From assembly GCF_001194135.2 (NCBI RefSeq), contig NC_068992.1:46931038-46990933 (forward strand): DNA of 59,896 nucleotides, written 5' to 3'. Below, piece by piece: positions 1-14,150 of the stretch. Numbering within the stretch: position 1 is the first letter of the stretch; each line of letters begins with the position of its first letter. The notes beneath the pieces are model-generated. The model was given only the letters and a program-made list of their open reading frames with translations. It did not search any database and was not told where the DNA came from. The translations under genes and the position numbers were made by a program. This DNA is from Octopus bimaculoides (lineage: Eukaryota).

Positions 1-305
1 TGTTGGCTGCTGAAGAGTGGGCAGCAACAAAAAACCTATTTGTATATGCTCCACAAGGGAAAACAAGGAACATAGTTTACAATGAGGTGTTATAATCACA
101 ACAGCAAGAAAGTATGTACATGATCACCTTCTTTTACGAAACTTCATTGACTTTCATATATTTATATTGATATACATATATATACGTGTGTTTGGGTGCG
201 TGTGTGTATATACATCTCTATATATAAAGATGATACGTAGTCTAGACGGCGTTTTTAGATTTCATTATTCTCTTTAACCCGGGCAATGCCGGGTATTTCT
301 GCTAG
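1..305 (+). mobile_element. Helitron 3' end (subterminal hairpin + CTAG|T terminus)
   Basis: GC-rich hairpin ACCCGG-GCAATG-CCGGGT at 277-294, CTAG at 302-305 followed by T, downstream of the RepHel remnant. Confidence 0.85.
2..95 (+). pseudogene. C-terminal end of Helitron RepHel (PIF1-like helicase), inactivated
   Basis: Manual translation gives VGC*RVGSNK, then a +1 frameshift in the A-run at 29-34, then NLFVYAPQGKTRNIVYNEVL* (TAA at 93-95). This matches the helicase motif VI (YVACSRV) and the T.N+VY.EVL C-terminus typical of Helitron RepHel proteins. TCA>TGA stop plus the frameshift indicate a pseudogene. Confidence 0.85.
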
Positions 306-345
306 TATATATATATATGTATGCGGTTGGTTATATATATTATGT

Positions 346-692
346 CTTGCTCGTTTGAGGTATTAGTCTGCGGCCATGCTGGGGCACCGCCTTTACCTTT
401 CAGTCGAAAAAATCGAACCCAGCATTTATTTTTAAGCCTGGTACTTACTCCATCACATTCTTTTTTGCTGAACTGCTAAGATACGGGGACCTAAACACAC
501 GAATACCGACTGTCAATCAGTGGTAGGAGACAAACAAAGGCACTAAGACATACATACACACATCCACACACGTATATGCATACTACGGGCTTCTCTCAAT
601 TTCCGTCTAACAATTGAACTCACCACGAATCGGCCGAAGACCATAGTAGAAGTCACTTGGACTGAACCCGGTAACACGTTATTGAGAAGGAA

Positions 693-694
<2 letters not shown>
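346..694 (-). mobile_element. tRNA-derived SINE, family A (Meta-domain-like core, internal microsatellite), decayed
   Basis: Reverse-strand similarity to copies at 13667, 38505 and 57452 (GCGGCCATGCTGGGGCACC 3' part; CGGGCTTCT...TTTCCGTCTA core; GGACTGAACCCGG B-box on the minus strand). Confidence 0.8.
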
Positions 695-742
<48 letters not shown>

Positions 743-2943
743 GAAATTATGGTTGAAAAAATCATTTAGATAGAAAAAGGGAAAGGATACGCTTGCGCGC
801 ACGCAAACTCGGACACACGCATACACTCATATATGTTCATATACATACACACATGCATATATAGACACACACACATGCATATGTATATAGACACACACAG
901 AGACACACACACATACACACACTCACACACATCCACACATTTCTGTATATGAAAACGTATGTGCTTAATGCTCGTACATTGTTTCTTTGTCGCAAACTGG
1001 TTTTAAGCGTCCATAGATTTTCAAATTTTCCCGTGTTACGATATATTCATCTCTCTCAATATTTCATCTCGAAAATATTTTACCTCGTTCTCACCTCCTC
1101 TCACTAATATTAGTTTATGTAACCTGCAAAACCAGTTAGACTTTCTCTCTTACGGACGGATCATTTTACTCTAGAAATTTCACTTCTTCCATACAACATA
1201 ACATTGTTCCACTGTTAGAATTATTTGTAATATTTTATGCCTATGCAAAACAGTTGTGCTCCCCTTACATTAAAGTATTTCACGACATGTTACTCTATTA
1301 TATTTTTATCAAACGGGAGTAATTTGTTTAGTGTAAAGTAAAGCAAAACTTTAGTGCTATATTTAGAATCTTGTCCGTGAGGGTATTTGTAAAAAAAAAC
1401 GTACTTTGATTTCGTAGAGAAACGTTTTCATACATATTTTCAGGTATTAGAGGCAAAAAAAAATAAATAAAACCAAGTAAAATTTAGTAGCATTTATTTA
1501 CTTATTTTATTTGCTCTTTCTGAAGTCATGTGCAATGCAGATGATGTCCGTGGGTCCTCCGAGATTGGTAAAAAAAATTATCTTTTACTTTCAACCTCAG
1601 ACAGTTGCACATTCTACAATTTGAGGAACGACATGAGCAGAGAGGAAATTCCAGTGTGCCAAATTTGATTTAATCGTGGGTTGAGAAGGCAATTTCTGAT
1701 CAGGTAAACGAAATGTATTTGTTAGTGAAACCCTTAGAGTATTTCAATGTGTGTGACGGTTCATGTTTGAAGTAAATGGTAAAATTAGATGAAATGAAGA
1801 CTGGCAAATTATATTGGCTTAATGCTGAAATTGAGAATAATTGGCTCCAAACACTATAGGGAAAAGAGAGGCTGAGTTAAGAGGTCTCTGATATCATTAG
1901 TTGTTACAGTGAAGGGTAGTAACGACGCAAATATGAGATATGCAAATAATGAAAGTTTTAAATGCATTATGCAGTGAATAGTATATTAAAATAGAATGTT
2001 GATATATACCACAAAATCTTAATGCTTGGCTATTTAAAGTGAGCTGATACAAATATTTGATAATTTGTAAAATGCAAATAAATCAGAAAATACCATAATA
2101 ATTATTTAAACTAACTTTTTCTTTTGTTGCAGGTGTTCCTTGGTTGGTAATATCCAATAAATTATAATTGAATCTATGAAGATCTAGTAAAATTATTAAC
2201 AATTTGTTGATAGTTTAACATTTACTCGGAGCTCCATTTGCATTGGTGTGATATGGAATGAGATAAAGGAGATTAGTTATAGACAATTTATGAACTAAAA
2301 TCTGTGGAAAATTATTTTTAGAAATATGTATGGGACAGACGATAACTAATTTGGAAGATCAACAGCCGAATACTTTTCCATAGAGAACATTTTGTATTGA
2401 AGCAAAATGTATACATTTGACGTTGATGCACTTCTTGCGGGGTAAATTGTCAACTGGCTTTAAAGGTGAGAAGAGAAATAAATGTATTTCAGGCTATAGT
2501 AATGACAACACTTATAAATGCAGTAGCTGAACAGAAGCATAACGAAACTAATTGAAAAGTTTTACGGAAAGAAATGTCAGGTTTTAAAAATTATCCACAC
2601 ATTATAACAGCGATCCCCAACCTTTTTGTAGCATGTCACTGTTTCAGGTAAGACAAGTTTTCCCGCATTTTTATCTGGGATCTATATACAATCATCCTCT
2701 GGTGTAGACTGTTTTTCGTTTGACCAATGTACTACTCTCGAAACCCAGAGCAAGTTAACATATATTAGGTTTTCGGAAACACGTCTGAAGCCCAAGTACA
2801 CTCGTCAACAACATCCAAACCGACAGTAAAAAAGACATGTGACATATGAATAAAAATCTGTAATTATGCAACCATCCAGAAATCTGAGTAACTGATTATT
2901 ATTTTTTCTAATATATAATTCCTGTACATCACCTCCAACCCTC

Positions 2944-2981
<38 letters not shown>

Positions 2982-3363
2982 NNNNNNNNNNNNNNNNNNN
3001 NNNNNNNNNNNNNNNNNNNNNNNNNNNNNNNNNNNNNNNNNNNNNNNNNNNNNNNNNNNNNNNNNNNNNNNNNNNNNNNNNNNNNNNNNNNNNNNNNNNN
3101 NNNNNNNNNNNNNNNNNNNNNNNNNNNNNNNNNNNNNNNNNNNNNNNNNNNNNNNNNNNNNNNNNNNNNNNNNNNNNNNNNNNNNNNNNNNNNNNNNNNN
3201 NNNNNNNNNNNNNNNNNNNNNNNNNNNNNNNNNNNNNNNNNNNNNNNNNNNNNNNNNNNNNNNNNNNNNNNNNNNNNNNNNNNNNNNNNAAGCACAATAA
3301 ATGAGTATAATATAAAGTAAAGTAAATATCATAAGATAAATATAATATAATATAATATAATAT

Positions 3364-3405
<42 letters not shown>

Positions 3406-4114
3406 TAATTTAATATTTCTCTCTTACTCTTTATATATATTTGGAAACTCACACGGCAACAATGAATAAACACCTACATAAAATATAAAACAGAATGCAT
3501 GGATAAATAATTTGTAGACATATATAATGTAGAACATTCCCGTCCTGCATACGTGTTTATATACATATGGCTCCCACCACACGTACAGACACACGCACAC
3601 ATATACAAACACACTTGATCCTTAACCTCTATACGTCCAATCACACGCAAATACGGTTATAGATATTTATATGAACACAGTCTATATATCTAAAAGGAGA
3701 GTACGGTTGGGCAATTATTTTTTAATCGCTACAATTGTTTCGACGCGACGTAGTTCCCCAGGAATACAGGTATTTGATTATGCAACTGTTTGTTTGCCTA
3801 ATGATATCTACTTGTTATATGCACTTGCAGGGTATGTAGGTGTTCTGTACGTATGTACTTGAATGCACATTTAAGATGTATATATTTTTGCTCATTATGA
3901 CTATTCAGTTAGACATATCAGAACACACATACACGCACACACACATTGACAGATTCACTCTTACCTCTACACACATACATATACAAACACACAGACACAG
4001 ACACACACAACTATATATATATATATCGAGAGAGACATATATGCATATGTACATACACAAATACACATACATCTCTCTATTTCTCGATACATATATGTAT
4101 GTATATATACATAC

Positions 4115-4175
<61 letters not shown>

Positions 4176-5588
4176 TATACATACACACACACACACACAT
4201 ACACACACANNNNNNNNNNNNNNNNNNNNNNNNNNNNNNNNNNNNNNNNNNNNNNNNNNNNNNNNNNNNNNNNNNNNNNNNNNNNNNNNNNNNNNNNNNN
4301 NNNNNNNNNNNNNNNNNNNNNNNNNNNNNNNNNNNNNNNNNNNNNNNNNNNNNNNNNNNNNNNNNNNNNNNNNNNNNNNNNNNNNNNNNNNNNNNNNNNN
4401 NNNNNNNNNNNNNNNNNNNNNNNNNNNNNNNNNNNNNNNNNNNNNNNNNNNNNNNNNNNNNNNNNNNNNNNNNNNNNNNNCTGCCCTAATTTTACTATTT
4501 ATTTCAGAACAAAGTAGTTCATAAGGTGTCGCTTAGAGGCAGTAGTTTCTTAGAATACATATATTATTAGGGAAAAGGTCACGTAGAAAGAAGGAAAGAT
4601 ACAAAGACATAGCTAAAGAGAGAGAGGGAGAGAGAGGAAAAGAGAGACAGAGAGTCAGAGTGAGACGGTGTGTGAGATAAGATGAAGATAGATTTTTGTG
4701 AGAGATTTATACAGAAATGGAGAGGGACGATAAAGAGAAAAAGAGTAAAAAGTGGCACATAAATATAAACACATATTCAAATAGACATAGAAACAGACAA
4801 AGACGAATAGAGAGAAAAGATGGTGAGTTGTAGTAGGATGTAAAAGAGGAGAAAACGAATCACTATGGATAATAAGAAGTTCAAAGGAACATATTTGAAA
4901 AGAATTCAGTAACATTTATATTGAGAGAATGGGGAATAATATGTGAAATATCTGTACTGATCTAGAAATCTAATGAAATAATTTCGATATATCTATTTCA
5001 CCGATGAAATATTTTTCGATAAAGCATGAAACGTTTCCCGGCTAAATTCTCAATTTCTAGACAAAATGTGGTAAGTTCTAGAGTAGGTAAACGAATATAT
5101 CAATTCAGTATTCATACAGTAAATCAACATAGGAAACATATCTGGACATATAGAACAAGTCTGATATACACAGACATTTTAAAATATCCACTGCTTCAGC
5201 GACTCTCTAATAGAAATGATAATAGCAACCTATTCGTTCAGTTAATCGCGTCGTGATGGTGTTGAATCATTATTACACTACAGGCGTTATTGTCCGAAAC
5301 TAAAGATTGAAAACTTTAATAAGGAACATGTGTAGTCCTCTGAAATACATATATGAGTCTAACAGATTTAAAGATCTGTACAATGTAAAATGATCCACAC
5401 CAACACTCACACACATATACATACATGCTCGTGTACGTGTATGTGCATATACGTACATACAAACGTATATACATACATATACACATACATATGCACATAC
5501 ATACATATATACGCTAGATGAGATCCGAGCCATTGATATGAAAATCCGTAAAATACTAAAAAGCACACATAATTTCTACATAAACAGT

Positions 5589-5840
5589 GACGTAGACCGC
5601 CTCTACCTAAAAGGGAAACAAGGCGGTAGAGGTTTAACATCGATCCAAAATGTCTTTGAATGTCGTATCATGTCCCTTTGATTTTAACCACTAAATGTCA
5701 AGTATTTTAACCACTAAATGTCAAAGTGCACTCCTTGACTATGTTTGCGTTCATGAGGCTGACAATATCATTAGACTTGGTAGGCAGCTCCTTCAGTAAG
5801 ATTTCTTGTCGGAATGCCTAGAATACATGCCCCAAAAAGT
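5589..5840 (+). mobile_element. R4/Dong-like non-LTR retrotransposon fragment (post-RT region)
   Basis: Translation from 5589: DVDRLYLKGKQGGRGLTSIQNVFECRIMSL*, then LLDYVCVHEADNIIRLGRQLLQ*. The D.DRLY+.R..GGRGL motif follows the RT in RLE-type LINEs. An internal 21-nt duplication sits at 5681-5701/5704-5724. Confidence 0.7.
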
Positions 5841-6684
5841 CGTCTTTGATTTTACGTTGGATAACATTGGTGGCGTGGAGACGGAAGACTAGTATGGATT
5901 GGCTAGTGCTGGTCAATCATGACCGAAAGTGGTCTTTNNNNNNNNNNNNNNNNNNNNNNNNNNNNNNNNNNNNNNNNNNNNNNNNNNNNNNNNNNNNNNN
6001 NNNNNNNNNNNNNNNNNNNNNNNNNNNNNNNNNNNNNNNNNNNNNNNNNNNNNNNNNNNNNNNNNNNNNNNNNNNNNNNNNNNNNNNNNNNNNNNNNNNN
6101 NNNNNNNNNNNNNNNNNNNNNNNNNNNNNNNNNNNNNNNNNNNNNNNNNNNNNNNNNNNNNNNNNNNNNNNNNNNNNNNNNNNNNNNNNNNNNNNNNNNN
6201 NNNNNNNNNNNNNNNNNNNNNNNNNNNNNNNNNNNNNNNNNNNNNNNNNNNNNNNNNNNNNNNNNNNNNNNNNNNNNNNNNNNNNNNNNNNNNNNNNNNN
6301 NNNNNNNNNNNNNNNNNNNNNNNNNNNNTACGTTTCCTTTTTTAACTTTTTATATTTATATTTCTAAACTCTTGGAAACGCACATCCTCCCATTACAGTA
6401 GACGTAAACATATTTCACCACTATGAAGGAACGCAAAATATATGGTCTCAACAAATTGTTGTAAGATCATATTATTTTTTTGTTCACGAGACAATCCCAG
6501 AATAATATATCTTCTGTTGAGCTCTGCCAAACGTGACGGTTGTTAAAGAACAGTAACCACAAAAGCAATGCGATGAGTAAAATATTTGGTAAAAGAAAAA
6601 AAAAATATAAGAATAGCAATGATAATAAACATAATGAGAGTAATGCCGATAATGATGATAATAATAATAATAATGTTTTGAAAT

Positions 6685-6860
6685 TGTTCACAAGGCCAGT
6701 AAATTGAGAGGAGGGGATTGAGTGGAATGATACTCAACTGGTACTTATTTTATGTAAGCCAATATAATGAACGGTAAAGATGGTCGTGGCGAAAGGTAAA
6801 CTGAGAACGTGAAGATGGACGAAATACTGCTAAGCGACCGATTCTAGCGGCTCACCGGCT
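6685..6860 (-). mobile_element. tRNA-derived SINE, family B (Nin/Deu-like core), decayed
   Basis: Reverse complement resembles the copies at 36578 and 36818 (GAGCCGCTAGAATCG...CTTAGCAGTATTTCGTCC...CACGTTCTCAGTT; AATAAGTACCAGTTGAG). Confidence 0.7.
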
Positions 6861-7030
6861 TAATGAAATAAAAGTATAAATATAACAATAATGATAATAA
6901 TAATCTTTTCTAGAATAGGCACAAGGCCTGGATTTTTGTTGGGAGGAAGACGGGTACACTGGGCTTCGTATATTGTATGCCAGTGTCACTTGGATGGCAC
7001 GCACTGCTCTCTCACCTCACTCAACAACAA

Positions 7031-7052
7031 CAACCACCACCACAACAGCAGC

Positions 7053-7119
<67 letters not shown>
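7031..7119. repeat. compound (CAA)(CAC)(AAT)n microsatellite
   Basis: Directly visible trinucleotide array. Confidence 0.95.
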
Positions 7120-7122
<3 letters not shown>

Positions 7123-7899
7123 TTAAGGGTGACTCTCAAAATACTTTTCATAACGCCATTTACCTTGCTGCTGCTACATATTCCGATGACGATAATGATG
7201 AAAACAACGACAACACAAATGCAAAATCGGTGATGAAAAATTTGTTGATGGGGATTCTTCTGCTGACGGTATTGATTTATTACTTGCAAGGTTTGTGATC
7301 TAGGACGACAGTAAGAAACTAAGAAATAGTTTGGTTGTGACATGTAATAAACAGGAATACATGTTTGTGTATACACAAGCACAGGCATACGTACACGCAC
7401 ACGTGAGCACACAGCAACGCAACGATAAACGAACGCATATCGACGCATACACTCAGATGTATATGTATGTTCATATAAGTATTCATATATGTGCGTGTGT
7501 GGGTCTGTGTGATTATTTGTGTATCAGCGTGGCTGTCTGAAATATTTGAAGATGTCTATTGCTCTATGAATGTATGTGTGTGTATGCAGGCGCGTGTGCG
7601 TTAGAGGGAAAGAAAGAGAAAAGTGTGTGTGTATATTCAGATAAATATATGTTGGAAAACAAATGCGCACATACTGAAATAAGTACAACACAGTTCTCTC
7701 TATGTACAATTTATCCAAGCATCTCACACACATACTTTAACACGCGCGCACACACACATATCCACATCCATACACACGTAAATAGTTAGCCAGCATTTCT
7801 CTATCTCTGGATTTATCTTTTGACATTTTTTGACTAGATTTTAAGCAATTCCTCCTCCATATTTATAACTTTTGGATTCGCTTAAATACCTAGCATCCC

Positions 7900-8430
<531 letters not shown>

Positions 8431-9559
8431 TGGTATTAACAATGATAGTAATAATGAAAATAATAACAGAATAACTGCTACGACAAGCATAACAGGAAAT
8501 GGTTGGCTTCTCTCAGAATCTATTCTGTGTTACTATTGGCTATATCCCCTTAGCGTTCATTCACTTGTTAAATGTGGACCAACCATCCGGAAATATTGGC
8601 ACCATAGTTTGTGTCTGCAAGGTTTAGGCATAATACAACAATGGTTTCATTTGAAATTCCTTATCTTCTTTGTATTTCCTTGTTTTAATTTTTCTTTTGC
8701 CATATTTTTTCCCGTTGATGATGTTGTAATTTTAGTTGCTGTTGATGTTGATTGTGCTTTGAAAAATCAATAAAAACTGAATGTTATCACTACGATATCT
8801 TTACGACCTACTAAAAACCACGCACATACATATACACAGGTATATACACATACGCACACACAAACCTATACATGCAAATAGAAACATATTAATGATAAAA
8901 GCAATTGGAAGGAATGCAAAATATTCTTTCCTATTTCAATGCACTGAAAACATGCAGCGTATCAGAATACCTTATAATTCAAAAGGGACCGCATGAGGAA
9001 TCAGTATACTGAGAGGATATATGCTGATATATTTCAGTCGGATGCTAGAAACATTTATGATGCATTTCACTTAGGATTGAAAATTGTGAGCACGCTAGCA
9101 CAATCATCGGGAGAAGTAGACTCCTCAGTTCTGCAAAATGTATTTATAAACACATACATACATACATACATACATACATATCCACAAGCGTATGTACGTC
9201 TACATATGTAATTGTGTATGTGGGGAGTGCGTAAGAAGGAAAGCGCAGTGCTAATCCTTTTATCTTTCAAGGTCTCCCAGTTGCTGAATGAATGGTCTTG
9301 TTTACGCGAAATTGAAGGCGTGGCGTCGCCGTTTGTTTATCCGTTGTTTTTCTGTTTTTGTTCTAAGCATTTGCAAATGGAAATATTTTAAAATTCAGCA
9401 TTTCCTTTCCAGCAAGCGTTGCTATTTGTCCACTTAATGTAATTTGGGGGATTTTCCAGTATTCATCTATTGTTTAGGAACATCTTCTTCCTGTGCAATG
9501 ATAATCTAGTTTGTCCAATATATTTTTCCAAGAAGCCATAGTAGGTGGCGAAGAGCTAG

Positions 9560-10260
9560 AAAAATAGTCGGTGAGAGAAAAGAGTGAGAGGAAAGTATTA
9601 ACGACGTGTGGTAGGGTGTGGGAAGGAAATATAACGAGAAAGAGATATGTTAACGACACAATATTTAGCAGAGTGTGATGTTTTCGTGGCGATGTTAAAG
9701 AAAGGCATATAATGAGAGATGGACAGGGAAGGCAGTTACTTTAAAAGAGAAGGGGGAGAGAGAGAGAAAGAGAGAGAAGGGCAGATAGTGTTTGTATTGT
9801 CAGAGTAGAGATACATCGACAACAACTGAAATATAATCAAGTTTGTTATTGAATACTATAGTGATGATGATGGTGGTGGTGGTGTGTTGATAGTGAAAAG
9901 TATTTGTATATTAAACTAAATTTATAATATATTTTTCTACCTGTACGGTCACACTTTACGCTATATAATTTGTTAGAGAGGGGGAAGGAGGTGAAATAAG
10001 AGCGAGGAAGAGAGAATGTATGAGCGAATGAGAGGGCAGATAACCAGCCGATATATTATGCTGTCACTCGTGTGGTTAGTGGAAGTGAGATGTGAAGAGA
10101 AAGAGAGAAACGTTAAAGATGTGAAGTGGGGAATTACATAGTTATAGAGTTTGTTGAAGAGGTAAAGAGAAAGAGAGAAACATAAAGTGCTTAGTTGAGG
10201 GAAGTTTTAAAATCATATCAAATATTGTGACTGGAAGTGAAATAACTTAGCAAAATATTA
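9560..10260. repeat. purine-rich interspersed-repeat-like segment with two internally similar halves
   Basis: 9560-9720 and 9975-10200 share motifs such as GTGTGGT(T)AG..G and GAGAAAGAGA..ACGTTAA.GA. Family not assigned. Confidence 0.35.
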
Positions 10261-10509
10261 ATTGGAATGAAAATCATCGTTTCTTGCTTAAATAGCTTCT
10301 CTTCAACTTTTCCGTTCTGTTGAATTTCCGAGGGTCCCACAGGTAAATAAAATTCTGTTACCTGCAAGAGGAATTTTCTGTTGATTGAAACAATTCTTCA
10401 TCCTGATATATATATGCATGAATATATGTACGACAGTAGAATAGAACGGGAAAATTAATTGACATCCAAAACTTGACAAGCCGTAGATGTACAACTTTGC
10501 GGGTATTAC

Positions 10510-10630
10510 TTTTCAGTTGGGTAGATTAGAACAACGCGTAGCAATGTACCTTCCTCAGGAGCATACATTGCCCTATCCTAGAATCGAAACCACAACATTT
10601 ATAATTTGATGCAAACATTTTAACTACTGG
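10510..10630 (-). mobile_element. tRNA-derived SINE head fragment, family C
   Basis: GAATCGAAACCACAAC...TTAACTACTG on + is a reverse B-box/A-box tRNA-like head. Similar fragments lie at about 13420-13530 and 44180-44250. Confidence 0.5.
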
Positions 10631-11435
10631 GGTTCAGAATGCCTCTTCAAAGAGAGACACAAATTCAAAGTAAAAGCTAACTTTACTTGTGCCTTAGAAA
10701 ATCTTATTTATGTAATAAGATGCTCGGGCTGCCACGGGAACTACCTAGGGTCCACAGGATTATCGCTCAGACGCAGACGCACTCTGCATCGACAGCAGAT
10801 TGCATGCCCAGAATACCGAATGATACCTTTTAGTGAACATATTGAGAAATGCGCAAAACAAATGCTACCACAATTTATAATCTTTCCTTTCTATCAATGT
10901 GCCATTAGAACACCAACACATATTAGATTAAATAAGGAAACCTTTTTCATTCAAAAATACAAACCCAAACTTAACCATTGCTAACACATTTAAATAAGGA
11001 AATTCATCACCCCACTGAGAAAAGGGAAAGAAATATAGAACAAAACCATGGTAAATTAACCAAATTCTACTACCTCCTAGATTTCGATTATCTCCCCTAT
11101 ACCGGAAGAAATCCCTAATTACCTCCCCCTATCTAGAACTCTTCTTTTCAGACTGGAGCGAACACGTTACAATGAAGTAGAGAAATTTGAAAAGACAACA
11201 CGGAACCGGTTATTTCTCAAAATACAATGTTTATATACCAAAAAGATTTTATAACATTTTTTTGACATAATTTAGATATATACTTTAACCATGTAACACA
11301 GGCCTTCTGTAGTTTTTCCACTCTTATTATCTTTTATACATCCAACCACGTGCTTTCACATACCAACTTTCACACCTATATCTATATCTATNNNNNNNNN
11401 NNNNNNNNNNNNNNNNNNNNNNNNNNNNNNNNNNN

Positions 11436-11471
<36 letters not shown>

Positions 11472-12635
11472 ATACACATGCACACACACATTCACACGCA
11501 CAGTCATATATATGTGTATGTGTGTGAATGCATATGGACCTGTATATAAGTTTGTGAGTATGAATGAATATGTATATGCCTATGTGCATCGGTGTACCTT
11601 CCAGAAATACGATAACTTTATTTCCAATGACATAATTATCGACAAATCTTTGCCGAAGTTTTCTCATTACTATGATGTATATCATTGATTTTAAACATAT
11701 CAAATAAGTGGCATGTTCAAATTCAAGCCAAACTTTTATTCACATAGTATTTATCATTGTTAGAAGCCATACGATAAATCACAATGGAATTGGGTAAGGC
11801 GTTTGCAATAAGAGAAATTTTGCCATTCAAAATTGCGGCAAGAAACTCGTTTAATAAAGCTACCTGCTTGTAATAGAGTACCCTTGCTTTCTTCAGTGGT
11901 ATGAATCTGGTTTAATTCTAAGAATTATAAAAGGGGTGAAGAAGTAACTGTATGAAGGTCGATTAGCGACTAAATATCGATTTCTTGTCTTCGCACTTCG
12001 CACCAGCTCGTTGATTTCATTGGGTGTCTGCTTATTACAAATCTCCCAAACGCTAGAAGAGAATTTGAATCGCGTTGCTTACATTGATACTTTGTATATA
12101 AGCGCCACCGAGCCGTTTTATTTCGTTATAAATATGTTTTGGTGAGCAGTAAGCTTTTTTCTCTTTTGAAATTGTTAGGAATCTAAAACAGTGTTAGGCT
12201 AATATTCTTCCTAATCACAAAGATGTCTCGGCACGTTGTATTTCTATAATTTCTGCTCTTTTAATCCAGTGTGAAATTCCACTTTCTCCGCGATTGGGTT
12301 AATATATCTCAGGCAAATTTCATACTATTTTATACAGTGACAGCTATCTTAAAAAATTCCATGTTAACTCCACGCCACACTACGAAAGTGAACGGAATCA
12401 TATATAACCCGAGACCGTTGGTGGTTAAGTGTCTTGTTCCTAGGCATGGCAGCAGCAGACACTACAAGGAAGGAGCCACTGCTTGGTTATTTCGTACTTT
12501 ATCGATTCAGCTATTGGCATTTTTCTTTAATTGTCAGGAAAGCTAGGGGTGATTGTTAGCAAAATCGTTATAATGCCGAACAAACTGCCATGCAATATTT
12601 AATTACTTCTCTTTATGTTCTGATTTTAAATATTG

Positions 12636-12775
12636 TAGGGGTCAACCTTCAGTTTCCTCCCCCTCGGTCGATTAAATAGGTGTAGGTCAACAACCTTGGT
12701 CGATATAATCGATTGTTTCCTCCCACAAACGTCGTTGTCTCCTGATAATTGATTAGAAATCAATGTTCAGGAAAA
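12636..12775 (+). mobile_element. family B SINE fragment
   Basis: GGTCGATTAAATAGGT...GGTCGATATAATCGA resembles the core of the 36578 and 36818 copies. Confidence 0.55.
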
Positions 12776-12889
12776 TTGATATTGCGACTGATTCGCCTTC
12801 TCCTAACATTCAAACAAATACGTTTTAGACTATAATGCCCCCAGTCTATGATATGCACCAGTGGACCAGTCGAAGAGGTAACTTGTACA

Positions 12890-13105
12890 CGCACGCTCGA
12901 CCAGCTGGAAATAGCAGTCGCACCATACCTTTCTCGATCAAGTCTAGCAGGAAATAACTACATCACATTTAGGAAGGTAAATCTATTTTTAGGAAGGAAA
13001 AGTTCTGTGTTCCTTATACAAGGAAATGGACGTGATAGTCAAGGTTGGAATCCCTTGCATTATAAGTCTTATCCACCAGGGTTGACTTACGATTAAAAAC
13101 AACCA
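12890..13105 (+). mobile_element. interspersed repeat family D, decayed (unclassified)
   Basis: Shares GCTCRACC..(C)TRGAARTRGC and GTGRTRGTCAMGGYT motifs with 39790-39930 and 49825-49990; related CTGCTAGAAGTAAGAG motifs occur at 37620-38110. Confidence 0.5.
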
Positions 13106-13666
13106 GAAAGTACTAATATAAATGCATAGCCTAAGTAACATTCAAAACACAAATACACAAAATATCTATTTGTCTTCTACTTTCATTTTCCCAGGAACAA
13201 AAAATCCCCAAATCTGCTTTACGTTTTATCCCTTTTGGAATATGGGTATAAGTAAGCTTGTTATTTTCCGTCTCTCAGAAGCGAGTATCACCTGGTAATG
13301 CGTACCATACATTTGCGACATGGTTCAGGCGATTATGTAGCGCGAACAAACATACTCAGTGAAAAATTGAAGCCATGCCAACTATAGGAATAGGGGCTGC
13401 ATCAACACTAGCCTAGTACGCACTTTTGCTGACTGACTGGAGCAATTACGAAACGATGTGCCACCTTGCGCAGTATGCGATCCCACGTTCTTATAGTCAT
13501 TAGCCTATCACTGTACTCGTAGGCCACATAGCTTCATATATAATCAAATGGTAATATATTGATTTGTTTCCGTCAATCAAAGGCACAGTTTATAACTGGA
13601 TATTCTAGTTAAATGTTTTTTAGGAAAATAATATTGAAGTGAAGGAATATCTACTTTGACAATGTT

Positions 13667-13839
13667 AGAGCAGGCGTGGCTGTGTGGTAAAACGTCTGCA
13701 TCCCGAGCACATAGTTTCAGGTTCCGTCCCACTGCGTGACGCCTTCGGAAGGTATCCTTCTACTATATCTTCGGGCAGACTACATGCTTTTTAGTGGGTT
13801 TAGTTGACGGAAACTAAAACTAACTGAAAGAAGCTCGTC

Positions 13840-13902
<63 letters not shown>

Positions 13903-13980
13903 NNNNNNNNNNNNNNNNNNNNNNNNNNNNNNNNNNNNNNNNNNNNNNNNNNNNNNNNNNNNNNNNNNNNNNNNNNNNNN

Positions 13981-14017
<37 letters not shown>

Positions 14018-14150
14018 CAGACAGACAGAGAGTAAGCATCAGGCTTTAAAATATTAGTACTGGGGTCGATTCATGCGAGTAAAATTCTTGAAGGTAGTGC
14101 CGTAGCATGGCCACTGTCTAATGCCAGAAACAAGTAGAAGACAAAAGATA
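13667..14150 (+). mobile_element. family A SINE, full span interrupted by microsatellite and gap
   Basis: Head GCAGGCGTGGCTGTGTGGT (A box), GGTTCCGTCCC (B box), GACGGAAACT...GAAAGAAGCTCGTC core, (TA)n, gap, then 3' part TACTGGGGTCGATT...AGCATGGCC...GAAACAAGTAGAAG. Confidence 0.85.

Noticed and set aside
2608-2630. CAGCGATCCCCAACCTTTT, resembling a hAT terminal inverted repeat
   Set aside because: I found no matching opposite terminus or 8-bp TSD.
11149-11260. Good acceptor (CTCTTCTTTTCAG) followed by LERTRYNEVEKFEKTTRNRLFLK
   Set aside because: No clear donor before the stop and no recognisable homology; too weak to call.
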